Position numbers and translations under genes: made by a program
From: Paludibacteraceae bacterium
GTDB taxonomy: Bacteria; Bacillota_I; Bacilli_A; RFN20; CAG-826
Direction: 5' to 3'
NCBI GenBank assembly: GCA_963621535.1
Contig: CAVFEQ010000004.1
Span: 131-64,130 of the forward strand
DNA length: 64,000 nt
Shown: positions 1-9,613 of the stretch, in pieces
Numbering within the stretch: the stretch's first letter is position 1
Layout of the letters: every line of letters begins with the position of its first letter
Notes under the pieces: generated by a model
Seen by the model: only the letters and a program-made list of their open reading frames with translations
Database searches by the model: none
What the model was told of the DNA's origin: nothing

Positions 1-58
1 CTTCTTTCTTGTTTTTAGTTCGAGTAGAATGTTGCCCGTTAGAAAGAAGCAAGAAAAC

Positions 59-997
59 ATGAACAACAAATTTGCCCTCGTGACCGATTTCGGCTGCGCT
101 CTTACAAAAGACCTTCGTGATCGTTTCTCAATTGATGCTTATGTCGATGGGAATGTCACTTATCCCGATGGCCATACGGTTAAGTCGGACCTTGATTGGA
201 AGACGGTTACCCCTGACCAATATTTCAACTCTTTCAAGGACAAGAAGTTCATTTTGAAGACCAGTTGCCCGAATGTCGACGAGATAGAAGAGATGTTCCT
301 CCCTTTTGCAAAAGAGGGACGCGACATCTTGATGATCACGATTTCCCACGGCTTAAGCGGGACCTACAATTTCGCGCTTAAAGCCGCTGAAAAAGTGATG
401 GGCGAATATCCTGGTGTAAAGATCCGGGTCGTGGACTCTCTTCGCTATAGCACCGCCCAAGGGATGCTTCTCTCCTATGCTTCTAGGTTTAGGGAAGAAG
501 GCAAGAATTGCGATGAGGTCGCCGATTGGCTTGAGGAGAATAAGCAATGCTTCCACCAAATCGGAATCATGGACGATCTTTTCTTCCTCTCTAGGACCGG
601 ACGCATCAATAAAGCCGCAGCCTTTATGGGGTCGCTTGTCGGCGTGGAACCGATGGCGGACTTCTCCGCTAACGGCCTTTGCTCGGTAATCGGCAAAGGG
701 AAAGGCAAAAAAAAGAGCTTTGAGGCCGCGACTTCCTATTTGCAGAAGCTGGCCATCGACCCTAAGAATCAGGTTCTTTTCTTGGCGCATTCCCTGCGCG
801 ATAAAGAAGCCGCGCTCTTTAAGAAAATCATCGAAGAAAAAATCGGACCCAAAGAGATCATCGTTTCCTCCGTCGACATGGTCTGCGGGGCCAACATCGG
901 CCCGGGCTTAGTCGCCGTATTCTTCTACGGGCAAAAGATCAGCGATGATCTGTCCACGGAAAAAGCCGTTCTCGCCGATTGCTTGCAAGGAAAATAA
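59..997 (+). CDS. DegV family fatty-acid-binding protein (FakB-like)
   Basis: ORF 29-997, with the start moved to ATG 59 because MNNKFALVTDFG fits the usual DegV N-terminus. DegV-like blocks ISHGLSGTYNFA and GANIGPGLVAVFF were recognised by eye. A DAK2/FakA-type gene follows directly. Confidence 0.85.
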   Translation: MNNKFALVTDFGCALTKDLRDRFSIDAYVDGNVTYPDGHTVKSDLDWKTVTPDQYFNSFKDKKFILKTSCPNVDEIEEMFLPFAKEGRDILMITISHGLSGTYNFALKAAEKVMGEYPGVKIRVVDSLRYSTAQGMLLSYASRFREEGKNCDEVADWLEENKQCFHQIGIMDDLFFLSRTGRINKAAAFMGSLVGVEPMADFSANGLCSVIGKGKGKKKSFEAATSYLQKLAIDPKNQVLFLAHSLRDKEAALFKKIIEEKIGPKEIIVSSVDMVCGANIGPGLVAVFFYGQKISDDLSTEKAVLADCLQGK

Positions 998-1000
998 GGA

Positions 1001-2671
1001 ATGGCGAATCTCGACCCTGCACTTTTTAGGGCGATGATGGTCAATGGCTATCTCGATTTAAGAAGTCATCTCAATGAAGTTAATGATCTGAATGTTTTTC
1101 CTGTCCCTGACGGCGACACCGGCTCGAACATGGGTGGCACGATGAACGGGGGGATTCTGGCTCTTTCCAAATCCAAAAGCCACTCAGTTGGGGAACTAGC
1201 CTCGGAAATGGCCAAAGGAATGCTATTAAGCGCTAGAGGGAATTCCGGTGTCATCCTTTCCCAATTCTTCGCGGGCTTTGCCAAAGGGTTAACGGGCATT
1301 GAAGAGCCTAGCGTGGAGCAATTCGCCAAAGCGATGCTCTGTGGTGTGCAAGAAGCTTATTCGGTTGTCGTAAAACCTGTGGAAGGGACGATTCTCACGG
1401 TCATGAGAGAGGGATGTGAAGAGGCAGGAAGCCTTTTGAATAACCACACCTCTTTCGCGGATTATTTTACCTCATTGATCTCTGCGATGAGAAAAAGCTT
1501 GGAGAAAACCCCGGATTTGCTCCCGGTTCTTAAAGAAGCCGGAGTGATCGATTCTGGCGGCGCCGGGCTCTTTTACATCATCGAAGGCATGGGACAGGCG
1601 ATCGGAGGGAAAATCATCGAAGATGTGTCTCTTGATTTGTCCTCCCCCACTCAGCAAAGCGTTGATCTTTCCGCGTTCACTCCAGACACCCCATTGGATT
1701 ATGGCTATTGCACAGAATTCATTTTGCAGCTGAGCAATCTAAAAGGTGGCGTGGAGAAATTCAAACTCGAAGACCTCATTTCCTATTTTAACGAACTTGG
1801 AGATTCGCTTGTGGCTTTCGCCCAAGGCACTTTGGTGAAGGTCCACGTCCATACCAAAACGCCAGAAAAGGCGATTGCCTACGCCCGCCAATTCGGCGAG
1901 TTTGTGACGTTTAAAATGGAGAACATGACCTTGCAGCATAACGAGACCTTCATTGAGAAGTCACGTCACCGCGGGTTCGTGAGCAAACCGCTGAAAACGA
2001 AGCAAAAGCTTGGAATCGTCTCGGTAGCACCTAGCGCCACTTTGGCTGAGCGTTTCAAGGAATACGGAGTTGACCAAGTCATTTTGGGTGGCGATACGAT
2101 GAATGTATCCGCCCAAGCTTTCATTGATGCAATTGGTAAAGCCAATGCGGACGAAGTCATCGTTTTGCCTAACAATAAGAACGAGATTATGGTTGCCGAG
2201 CAAGCCTGCGCCGCCGTTTCTGAGTGTAAGGCGGTGGTCTGCGAAACCGAAGATGTCGCCGTTGGCATGGGTGTCGCTTCAGTGATGGATAAAGCCAATC
2301 TTTCCCTGGAAGAGAATCTTGAATACGCAAAACACGAAATTGAGAACTCCCTTTCTCTGAAAATCGGGCAGACATCAAAACCGTTTATGCTAGAAGGCAA
2401 GGAAGTTGCTCCTGGCGGATATTTGGCTTTTATCGGTGGCAAACCCGTTTATTACAACGATGAATTTGAAGGGGCTTTTGCGGGGTTATTGGAAAAAATA
2501 GAGGGTTTTGCGGAGAAATCTGTGTTAACGATGTTCTTTGCAGATAGCATTAGCGAGGAGATTCGCTCCTCCTGTGAAAACATCGCCCAGGAGAAATCGG
2601 GCGGTTTCTTGGAAACCTATTCCCTCCCCGGCGGCCAGAAAATTTACCAATTGATTGCGTTGCTGGAGTAG
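1001..2671 (+). CDS. fakA: DAK2-domain protein, YloV/FakA-type fatty acid kinase subunit
   Basis: 556-aa ORF. DAK2 blocks FPVPDGDTGSNM and ARGNSGVILSQ lie near the N-terminus. Length and two-part architecture match B. subtilis YloV and S. aureus FakA. Only a 3-nt gap separates it from degV. Confidence 0.8.
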   Translation: MANLDPALFRAMMVNGYLDLRSHLNEVNDLNVFPVPDGDTGSNMGGTMNGGILALSKSKSHSVGELASEMAKGMLLSARGNSGVILSQFFAGFAKGLTGIEEPSVEQFAKAMLCGVQEAYSVVVKPVEGTILTVMREGCEEAGSLLNNHTSFADYFTSLISAMRKSLEKTPDLLPVLKEAGVIDSGGAGLFYIIEGMGQAIGGKIIEDVSLDLSSPTQQSVDLSAFTPDTPLDYGYCTEFILQLSNLKGGVEKFKLEDLISYFNELGDSLVAFAQGTLVKVHVHTKTPEKAIAYARQFGEFVTFKMENMTLQHNETFIEKSRHRGFVSKPLKTKQKLGIVSVAPSATLAERFKEYGVDQVILGGDTMNVSAQAFIDAIGKANADEVIVLPNNKNEIMVAEQACAAVSECKAVVCETEDVAVGMGVASVMDKANLSLEENLEYAKHEIENSLSLKIGQTSKPFMLEGKEVAPGGYLAFIGGKPVYYNDEFEGAFAGLLEKIEGFAEKSVLTMFFADSISEEIRSSCENIAQEKSGGFLETYSLPGGQKIYQLIALLE

Positions 2672-2674
2672 AAC

Positions 2675-3028
2675 ATGGAAGAACAAGAGATTATTGAGGT
2701 TGAGGCGATTGACAAATCCGTCCATGAAGCCAAGCCGGTCAAAAAACCTAAGAAAGCCAAATACCAATATGGCAGGCGGATAGAGTCATTCACAAGAATC
2801 GATTGGTTTTGTTTGCGCTTCTTCTTTCCCTTCTTTTTGATTGGGGTTTTGGGCTCGTGGGCGCTTTGGATTGGCTATTACCAGCATCCGGAGAACGTGT
2901 TTTTCTTGATGTTTCTGATTTTGGCTTTGGCTATCCTTGCTCTGTCAATCCTTATGTTCGCTTCCCATTTCCTTTGGAAAGCGTTGATTAATTCCTGGAA
3001 GAAAAAAGATCCGAATTACGAGGGGTGA
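2675..3028 (+). CDS. small 2-TM membrane protein, unknown family
   Basis: 117 aa. A charged N-terminal region of about 40 aa is followed by two hydrophobic helices (FFFPFFLIGVLGSWALWIGYY and VFFLMFLILALAILALSILMFASHF). Gaps to both neighbours are 3 nt. Confidence 0.5.
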   Translation: MEEQEIIEVEAIDKSVHEAKPVKKPKKAKYQYGRRIESFTRIDWFCLRFFFPFFLIGVLGSWALWIGYYQHPENVFFLMFLILALAILALSILMFASHFLWKALINSWKKKDPNYEG

Positions 3029-3031
3029 GGT

Positions 3032-3736
3032 ATGGCTTCGATTCGCGTAGAACATTTATGCAAAATCTATAATCAGGGAAAAGAAAACGAAGTCGTTGCT
3101 TTAAATGATGTTTCCTTTTCCGCCGAAGAAGGAGAATTCATCGTCATCATCGGCCCTTCTGGAGCAGGAAAAAGCACTTTGTTGAATTTGCTCGGCGGCA
3201 TGGACGTTTCCACTTCCGGGTCCTATTGGATTGGGGAAGAAGACGCTTCAAAGTTCAATGCGAAGCAATTGCAACTGCTTCGGCGCGAGAAAATCGGCTT
3301 TGTGTTCCAATTCTATAATCTGATGCCCAACCTGACGGCGTTAGAAAACGTCGCCTTGGCGGCTTCGGTTGTCGACAACGCCTTTGACCCGAAGACGACT
3401 TTAGAAGGGGTGGGCCTCGGGAAACGCTTAGGAAATTTCCCTTCTGAGCTTTCCGGAGGCGAGCAGCAACGGGTCGCCATTGCTAGGGCCCTAGTCAAAA
3501 ATCCCTCGCTCCTTCTTTGCGACGAGCCTACTGGCGCCCTGGATTCGAAAACGGGCGCGAGCATCATCAAGCTCCTTTCAGATGTTTGTTCTTCTTATAA
3601 GAAAACCGTTTTGATGGTCACCCATAACGCGAAGATCGCTTCCGTCGCTAAGCGCGTGCTGAAAATCGCGGATGGCCGGATTGTCGAAGACATCCATAAC
3701 GACCATCCCTTATCTCCTGAGGAAGTGAGCTGGTAA
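3032..3736 (+). CDS. ABC transporter ATP-binding protein, MacB/LolD/FtsE-like branch
   Basis: Walker [10 protein letters not shown], signature [15 protein letters not shown] and Walker [13 protein letters not shown] are present. The block [18 protein letters not shown] is typical of the MacB/LolD group. RBS GAGGGGTGAGG lies upstream. Confidence 0.92.
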   Translation: MASIRVEHLCKIYNQGKENEVVALNDVSFSAEEGEFIVIIGPSGAGKSTLLNLLGGMDVSTSGSYWIGEEDASKFNAKQLQLLRREKIGFVFQFYNLMPNLTALENVALAASVVDNAFDPKTTLEGVGLGKRLGNFPSELSGGEQQRVAIARALVKNPSLLLCDEPTGALDSKTGASIIKLLSDVCSSYKKTVLMVTHNAKIASVAKRVLKIADGRIVEDIHNDHPLSPEEVSW

Positions 3737-4671
3737 TGAGTAAAAAGGGCCGGTATCTGCATTGGTTTAGGAAGAATGTCTTTTCTTCCATTCTCATGCG
3801 CCTGTTCCATAAGCCCAAGTCCGTCAAGAAATGGAAGGGCCAAGAAGGGCCGAGCCTAGAGGCAACAAATGAGGCTCTTTGTGAGGCCATCGATTCCAAA
3901 ATGCCTTTCGCCGCGATTCGCTTCGGCGCGGTTGAGCTTTCTTGCTTGAATAACCACGAGAAAATTGAGCTGGGCTTCAAAAAGCATTACAAAGATTCCG
4001 TGGTCTACTCCATGAAAAACAACGCGGGGTTCTTCCCTTCGGATGAAGCCTCGCTTAAAGAATATGGCGATGAGCTTTTGCCTTTGCTTCAAGAAACGAC
4101 ATTCTTAGGCATCTCCGGCGTTCATATGGAAGAGTATTTCCAGGAAATCTATTGCCCAGATAGCAAGATCCTTCTCTATGAGGGGTTTGAGCCGCTTCAT
4201 GGGACTTGGTCAAGCCACCTGAAAGGAAAAAAGATGCTCGTGATCACTCCTTTTGCCACTCAAATCAAAGAGCAATACGCGAAAAGAGAAGAATTATTTC
4301 CCAAAGAAAAAGATATTCTTCCCGAATTCACTTTGCTGACCATTGAGGCGCCTTTGACCTGCGCTGACGGACTCGTTAAAGACTCCAATTTCTTCAAGGA
4401 ACTTGCGAAAATGAAAGCAGCCATGGCGAAATGCGATTTCGATATCGCTCTTATTGGGGCAGGGGCTTATGGAACCTTCCTTGCTTTGGAAGCAAAACGT
4501 CTAGGGAAGCAAGGCATTCAAACGGGCGGAGCCACGATGACGCTCTTTGGCATGATCGGCAAACGGTGGGACAAACGAGACCACGTGGCTAAATTCGTCA
4601 ATTCTTCATGGGTCAGGCCCTCTCGGAAACCTGATGGATATGAGAAAATAGAAGGGGGAGCGTATTGGTAA
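3736..4671 (+). CDS. hypothetical enzyme, possibly a GT-D (DUF1792)-like glycosyltransferase
   Basis: 311-aa soluble ORF whose start overlaps the ABC gene stop (TAATG). The N-terminal segment AAIRFGAVEL resembles the R-F-G-D-G-E block I recall from DUF1792/GT-D. The C-terminal segment FDIALIGAGAYGTFLALEAKRLGKQGIQTGG resembles that family's second conserved block. The gene call is solid and the function call is weak. Confidence 0.45.
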   Translation: MSKKGRYLHWFRKNVFSSILMRLFHKPKSVKKWKGQEGPSLEATNEALCEAIDSKMPFAAIRFGAVELSCLNNHEKIELGFKKHYKDSVVYSMKNNAGFFPSDEASLKEYGDELLPLLQETTFLGISGVHMEEYFQEIYCPDSKILLYEGFEPLHGTWSSHLKGKKMLVITPFATQIKEQYAKREELFPKEKDILPEFTLLTIEAPLTCADGLVKDSNFFKELAKMKAAMAKCDFDIALIGAGAYGTFLALEAKRLGKQGIQTGGATMTLFGMIGKRWDKRDHVAKFVNSSWVRPSRKPDGYEKIEGGAYW

Positions 4672-6089
4672 TGGATACGAACAACGTTTCAGAACACAGC
4701 GAAGAGAAAGATTTCTTGTCCCGCTACGACACGGTTTTGTCTTTCTTGTCGTTAGAGGTTCTTTGCTTAGGAAGTTTTGCTTTAGGAGGCGCGTTAGGGC
4801 TTACGATTTTCCGCGTTTTGAGCCTTTTCTTGTCGTTCATCACGATGAGCTTCCTGTTCAACAATTATCGTGCGGAAGAAAAGAAGCGTTATTGGATTTG
4901 CCTGATTCCCTTCCTTTGCCTTGCTTTGCTGCTTGGGGCGTCGCGTTTCTTCTTAACGAGCAGTTCCTCTTTCTTTGGCGGCCTGATCAATGGTTTGGTC
5001 GTCAGCGTGGGCCTGGTTGGTTTTTTCTTGCTGGGGCAAGGGGCCAAATCGATTCCCGCCTTGAAGAAAGATATCATCTTGCTTTGCCTAGGAGGGACAT
5101 TGGCCTTGATGGTCCTTATCCCCGGCTTCTATTCATTGGTCCGTTATGGCTTCTTCTACGCGCAAAGATATAAGGGGATGGTCTATTACTATGATGGGGT
5201 TGTCTTCAACATCGCTACTGAGACGAAAGCACTCAATGGCTTCTCTTTCCTCGAGGCAAGCTTATCTTATGGGAAATTCGCCTCTTTCTTGCTGAGCCTC
5301 AGCGCGATTCCTTGCCTCTTCATTTCTCCAAAAAAAGAGACGAAGCGCTTCCTTTGCTTCCTTGGGTTTGGTCTTTTCGGCCTTTTGGATTTGATTTTCG
5401 TGCCTTTTTGGCTTGCTTTGATCCTTGTGGCGTTTGTGTACTTGCTCGCTGCTATTTACCGCCTTGTCTGGGGTAAGGTGAGCAAGAACAACGGCCAAGA
5501 GAAAGCGGATAAGGTCCTTAAGGTTTGCTTCTTTGTCTTGCTTGGCCTTGTGCTGGCCGGGCTGCTTGTGTTGGTAATTGACGCATTAACGAACTCCATC
5601 TTTTCTAAATTGCCCATCAAGGCCGTGCAGGCGAGCAGACAAAGCGGGTTGCTTTATCGCGTGGCTAGCGCCATTCGCGCCGTCTTCTTTGAGGAAGGAG
5701 ACTCCGGCAAGAAGCTCAATTTGCTTGGCATGCTTTTCGGGGTGAGCTCCACTTATGCGAGCGACAAGCTGCTTACGAGGATTTTCGAATTCAGCTTGCT
5801 TTGGGAAAACGGCATAATCGCCTTTGGCTTATTCCTTTTCTGCGTCTTCTTTATGATTAAAGAATCCCACCGCTTCTTGCTTAAGGATAAGGAAAGGATG
5901 GATTACAAAGTCGCCCTTGTCTCCCTTTTGCTTGGCTTGTTCCTTTATCTTTCGATTTTCAATGACGAGCTGCCCTTCCGCCACTCGAATGCGTTTTCTT
6001 CTTGGAGCAGGGAATCCTTCCCGATGCTTGCTTGCTTTGTCTGCGGCTTGATTTATACCCATAAGGAAAAGGAGGCTGCCCATGAATAA
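4671..6089 (+). CDS. polytopic (about 12 TM) membrane protein, possibly Wzy/O-antigen-ligase-like
   Basis: ORF 4665-6089. ATG 4671 is preferred: it makes a TAATG overlap with the upstream stop, and RBS GAAGGGGGAG lies 10 nt upstream. The protein is hydrophobic throughout. I could not name a family motif. Confidence 0.55.
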   Translation: MDTNNVSEHSEEKDFLSRYDTVLSFLSLEVLCLGSFALGGALGLTIFRVLSLFLSFITMSFLFNNYRAEEKKRYWICLIPFLCLALLLGASRFFLTSSSSFFGGLINGLVVSVGLVGFFLLGQGAKSIPALKKDIILLCLGGTLALMVLIPGFYSLVRYGFFYAQRYKGMVYYYDGVVFNIATETKALNGFSFLEASLSYGKFASFLLSLSAIPCLFISPKKETKRFLCFLGFGLFGLLDLIFVPFWLALILVAFVYLLAAIYRLVWGKVSKNNGQEKADKVLKVCFFVLLGLVLAGLLVLVIDALTNSIFSKLPIKAVQASRQSGLLYRVASAIRAVFFEEGDSGKKLNLLGMLFGVSSTYASDKLLTRIFEFSLLWENGIIAFGLFLFCVFFMIKESHRFLLKDKERMDYKVALVSLLLGLFLYLSIFNDELPFRHSNAFSSWSRESFPMLACFVCGLIYTHKEKEAAHE

Positions 6090-7077
6090 GAGGAACCTTT
6101 GCGCGCTTCTTTTGCTCAGCTGCTCACTCGCTTCTTGCGCCGACACGTCTGAACTTTATGAGGGAGACGCTTATATTGGCGGGAACTTTCTCTCCAACCG
6201 CTATTCCATTTGGCCGGAAAAACTAAAAACCGCCGCCATCAAAGAAACCAAGAATTTGGTGAATGTCAAAGAAGACGGGTCGACAACTGGCTGCTATTTC
6301 GCTGGCAGCGACGTCAATGGTTCGATTTGCTATGGCTACGACCAATTGAAAGCGAGGCACCCTGAAGATGTGACTGTCGACGGAACGAAAGACGGGACTC
6401 CTTTGTATTGGACGATTCCTAGTGGAGGCAAAACCCTGAGCGATGGTACTTTCGTTCCTAGTGGGACCGACATCATGCCTGGCAAAGTCGGGGAATGGGT
6501 CGATCAAACTCCTTTAGTGGGCGTGCTTTACGGACAAAGCAAAAAGCTGAATCTTTTAAATTCGGCTTTCTCGCGCGGCTATCTGTCAAAACTCTATAAC
6601 GGCCAAATTCAATGCGATGCCTGGTCGAGTTACTCGCTCGTCGAGCTTGATAAATCAGGCTATGGGACCTTCTTCCCGGTGGAACTTCATGCCGCTTCCT
6701 ATTTTGCTTTCTCTTGCCGTGGCGGGAGCGACACCCCATCTAACACTGGAAGGCTCAGCCGTTTCGGCATCAACATCACCTTCTACAAATTAGAAAATGA
6801 AGGATATACCGGGACCACGTTCGCTCTTGCTGACGTGCCCTTGGAGACCAATATCTCCGCAGAACACACCTCTTTGGTCGGATTTTATTTTGACGAGCTT
6901 GGCTATGATCCTAGCGGAGTGATCGGCATGTCCGTGACTTATTCGCTTAAAGAAGACAAAGTTTTGATTGATGGAGAGTATGTCTATCCAAGCGATGATT
7001 TCGATGATACAAGCGCTCTTTACCACACCGGGCTTATCATGCTTGAGGTGTTTTTCCCGGACTCTGAATGGAATTAA
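6082..7077 (+). CDS. lipoprotein of unknown family
   Basis: The signal peptide MNKRNLCALLLLSCSLASC carries a lipobox L-A-S-C. RBS AAGGAGG lies upstream and the start overlaps the upstream gene by 8 nt. The mature part is hydrophilic and rich in G, D, S and Y. Confidence 0.7.
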   Translation: MNKRNLCALLLLSCSLASCADTSELYEGDAYIGGNFLSNRYSIWPEKLKTAAIKETKNLVNVKEDGSTTGCYFAGSDVNGSICYGYDQLKARHPEDVTVDGTKDGTPLYWTIPSGGKTLSDGTFVPSGTDIMPGKVGEWVDQTPLVGVLYGQSKKLNLLNSAFSRGYLSKLYNGQIQCDAWSSYSLVELDKSGYGTFFPVELHAASYFAFSCRGGSDTPSNTGRLSRFGINITFYKLENEGYTGTTFALADVPLETNISAEHTSLVGFYFDELGYDPSGVIGMSVTYSLKEDKVLIDGEYVYPSDDFDDTSALYHTGLIMLEVFFPDSEWN

Positions 7078-7994
7078 CGCTTCCCTTTTTTAAGATAAGA
7101 AGAAACGTCCAGCCACTCACCCATTAAGAAATCGCAGGAATCGTCATCTAAGATGAGGGTGCCTTTGGCTGGGGTGAAAGTCATTTCGCTGAAGTAGATT
7201 TTCCCTTCGATCTCATAAAGGTCGCAGCGTACGAAAGGGAAAGGGGCGCAGAGGTCTTCTGCCATTTTGATCATCGCATCCCAATCTTTGGGTTTTTCCG
7301 GGCACACGTCGGCTTTTTTCCAGCCGTTGAACTGGCTCCCGTCAAAAGGCTCCCAAGAGGTGGTAAGCTCCGTGTAGCGGATATCCTTTCCTCTACCTGT
7401 TACCACGTATAGGTTTCTTGCCTTGCCGTTATAGACATGGATTTTGTATTCGATGGGCAAGGAAGAAGGATCTCCCATCCATTTCTCGATGATGATCTGA
7501 GGCTTGATCGGCGAATAGTGACGTTCGACGGTCTTCTTGCCATAGTCTAGAGAAAGCCAATGGTCGAATTTCTTTTGCGCTTCCTTCAGATCGAGCTTCG
7601 TCTTGTCTTTCACCAAGATGTTCCATCCTGAGGCATGCGAGCATTTCATCACGAAAGCGTTTGGCAAGGTTTCGAACGGAATGTCAGAAAAACGATCGAA
7701 AACCCCGTAAATCGGGATTAAATTCTCTTCATAGCCCTTTTCTTTGACGTAATCTCTCACGCCTACCCGTCCTGCGCAGCGGCTGACTTCTTTCCATTTT
7801 GGATAGACATAAAGCCTTAAGTATTGGAGCTTCTCCGTGTAACGGATTGGCGGATTTAGATGAAGCTTATGATGGGTGATGTAACGATACTGAAGCTTGA
7901 CGTATAAGGTTGGAGAGAGGGCCTTCACGATTGGACGGGCGATGGATCCCAAGGCCCTTTTGCATTTATTCTCTTTCAAATTTGGATTGCTCAT
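7074..7994 (-). CDS. ATP-grasp fold amidoligase, TupA-like
   Basis: The N-terminal pattern YTEKLQYLRLY...VRDYVKEKGYEENLIPIYGVF...LPNAFVMKCSHASGWNILVKDK and the C-terminal FVRCDLYEIEGKIYFSEMTFTPAKG match the TupA-like ATP-grasp family as I know it. Confidence 0.75.
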   Translation of the reverse strand: MSNPNLKENKCKRALGSIARPIVKALSPTLYVKLQYRYITHHKLHLNPPIRYTEKLQYLRLYVYPKWKEVSRCAGRVGVRDYVKEKGYEENLIPIYGVFDRFSDIPFETLPNAFVMKCSHASGWNILVKDKTKLDLKEAQKKFDHWLSLDYGKKTVERHYSPIKPQIIIEKWMGDPSSLPIEYKIHVYNGKARNLYVVTGRGKDIRYTELTTSWEPFDGSQFNGWKKADVCPEKPKDWDAMIKMAEDLCAPFPFVRCDLYEIEGKIYFSEMTFTPAKGTLILDDDSCDFLMGEWLDVSSYLKKGKR

Positions 7995-9553
7995 TCCTCA
8001 GCCTCCTTCTTTTTGAAAAAGGAGCAGATGGTCTGCTCTTTCAATAAGAACAGCGAAAGAAGATAGATAAACGCGTCGATGGCGACGGTGATGATCAAGG
8101 AGAATAAAGAAGCCTGCCAAGCTTCCTGAAGAATGTCGTTTAGCGTAGAGGAGAGGAAGGGGCAAAAGAAATAAGAGAAGAGCGCGATAATAGCACCCGC
8201 CCCTACGATTTTTAGACTGTTCATGTTGAATATCGCTTTTAGGGAATACTGCCTGGAGACGTATACGAGGAAAGCGCAGAGAAGCAGGTCGCTTATCCCT
8301 GTGGCTAAGGCGACCCCGATCGCTGGATGATCCTTGAAGAAAACCAAAGCGAAAAGGACGGATAGGCCGACATTGAGCACGACCCCTGAGGTCATCGCGT
8401 ACAAGTAGTATTTCTCTTTCTTCGTCGGCAAGAGGATTTCGTTATAGATGTTGTCCCCTAAAGAATAGGTCAGCATCATCAAAGACAGGGTGACCAAAAT
8501 CCAATCGGCGTCTTGATACATGTTGCTCCCTGATAAAACATCCCCTGAGCCGGAGATCAATGAAGTGATGGGTTTAGCCATCGTGGTCATCGTGGCGATT
8601 GCCGGTATCGCGATGAAGAAAGTCAAAGCAAAGGACCCATTGATGAGAATTTGATAAAAACGCTTGTTCTTTTTGCTGTAGTAATAGGAGGCTCTTGGCA
8701 AAAAAACCGCATAAAGGGAAGTGACTAAGGTAATGACGATATCAATGCCTTTTACCCCAACTGAATAAGAGCCGACGCTGGCTTTGCTCGTATCGATCAA
8801 GCCGAGCAGGAACTGATCGGTTTGGTTATAAAGAGTGAGGGCAAAGGAGATGAGAAAGAGAACAAGAAGCGGCCGTATCAAAGGCTTGATCGGGCAAAGT
8901 TTCGCCTTTCTTAAGGAGATGTAGCGAGGGAGCAAAAGGCAGTTGGCAAGGGAGGTAAGCAAGGTATAGCTGATCGCGATCAAAGCATAGATATAGACCT
9001 CGCTCATCAAAAAGGCCTGCGTGTCGCTTCTGCGAATGAACATGAAGGTCAATAAGGCCCCTATGGCGATGAAGGAAATAGAGCGGACCGTGATGTAGAA
9101 ATGCTTCTCCAAAGCGATGTAAATCCATTCGAAACTGAAGGCGCTGGCGAGGAAGTTGAGGGATAGCAAGAAAATTAGCTCTTTGCTTTCAAACAAAGAG
9201 GGCACGCTTAAAACGAATGTGGACATGAGCGTGAAGGAGAAAAGAGTCGTAATCGTTTGAATCAAGAAGAAAGTCTTGGCCAAAGAAGCCAATTTTTCCT
9301 TGTCGTCTTTCACTTTGGAACATTCGCGTATCGCAAGGTTTGGGATCGAAACCTTGGCTAGGACCAGGAAATAATAGACGAAGGAGTTCGCCCAACTGTA
9401 TAGGCCAAAGACCTGGTCTCCCAAAGCGCGCGTGATATAGGGATAGGTCAAAAAAGAAAGAATGGTCATCGTCAGCGTGCGGATTAGATTGATGATGACG
9501 TTCGAGCGGACGCTTAAGGCATGGTTGTCTTTTTTCTTGGTTGCTTCGTCCAT
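7991..9553 (-). CDS. Wzx-type oligosaccharide flippase (MOP superfamily polysaccharide biosynthesis protein)
   Basis: ORF 7991-9640 trimmed to ATG 9553 (MDEATKKK...). The N-terminus NVIINLIRTLTMTILSFLTYPYITRALGDQVFGLYSW is typical of Polysacc_synt/Wzx proteins. About 12-14 hydrophobic helices are present. The stop overlaps the start of the ATP-grasp gene. Confidence 0.75.
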   Translation of the reverse strand: MDEATKKKDNHALSVRSNVIINLIRTLTMTILSFLTYPYITRALGDQVFGLYSWANSFVYYFLVLAKVSIPNLAIRECSKVKDDKEKLASLAKTFFLIQTITTLFSFTLMSTFVLSVPSLFESKELIFLLSLNFLASAFSFEWIYIALEKHFYITVRSISFIAIGALLTFMFIRRSDTQAFLMSEVYIYALIAISYTLLTSLANCLLLPRYISLRKAKLCPIKPLIRPLLVLFLISFALTLYNQTDQFLLGLIDTSKASVGSYSVGVKGIDIVITLVTSLYAVFLPRASYYYSKKNKRFYQILINGSFALTFFIAIPAIATMTTMAKPITSLISGSGDVLSGSNMYQDADWILVTLSLMMLTYSLGDNIYNEILLPTKKEKYYLYAMTSGVVLNVGLSVLFALVFFKDHPAIGVALATGISDLLLCAFLVYVSRQYSLKAIFNMNSLKIVGAGAIIALFSYFFCPFLSSTLNDILQEAWQASLFSLIITVAIDAFIYLLSLFLLKEQTICSFFKKKEAEE

Positions 9554-9613
9554 CGTGGGAATTATTATACACGCGTGAAGGAAATTCTTTCCTTTTGTGG
9601 GATAATGAGAAAG
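9554..9613. promoter_or_regulatory. 60-bp divergent promoter region between the flippase and GT4 genes
   Basis: This AT-rich spacer (GGGAATTATTATACACGCG...) is the only non-coding DNA between divergent starts 9553 and 9614. No hexamers were assigned with confidence. Confidence 0.3.
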
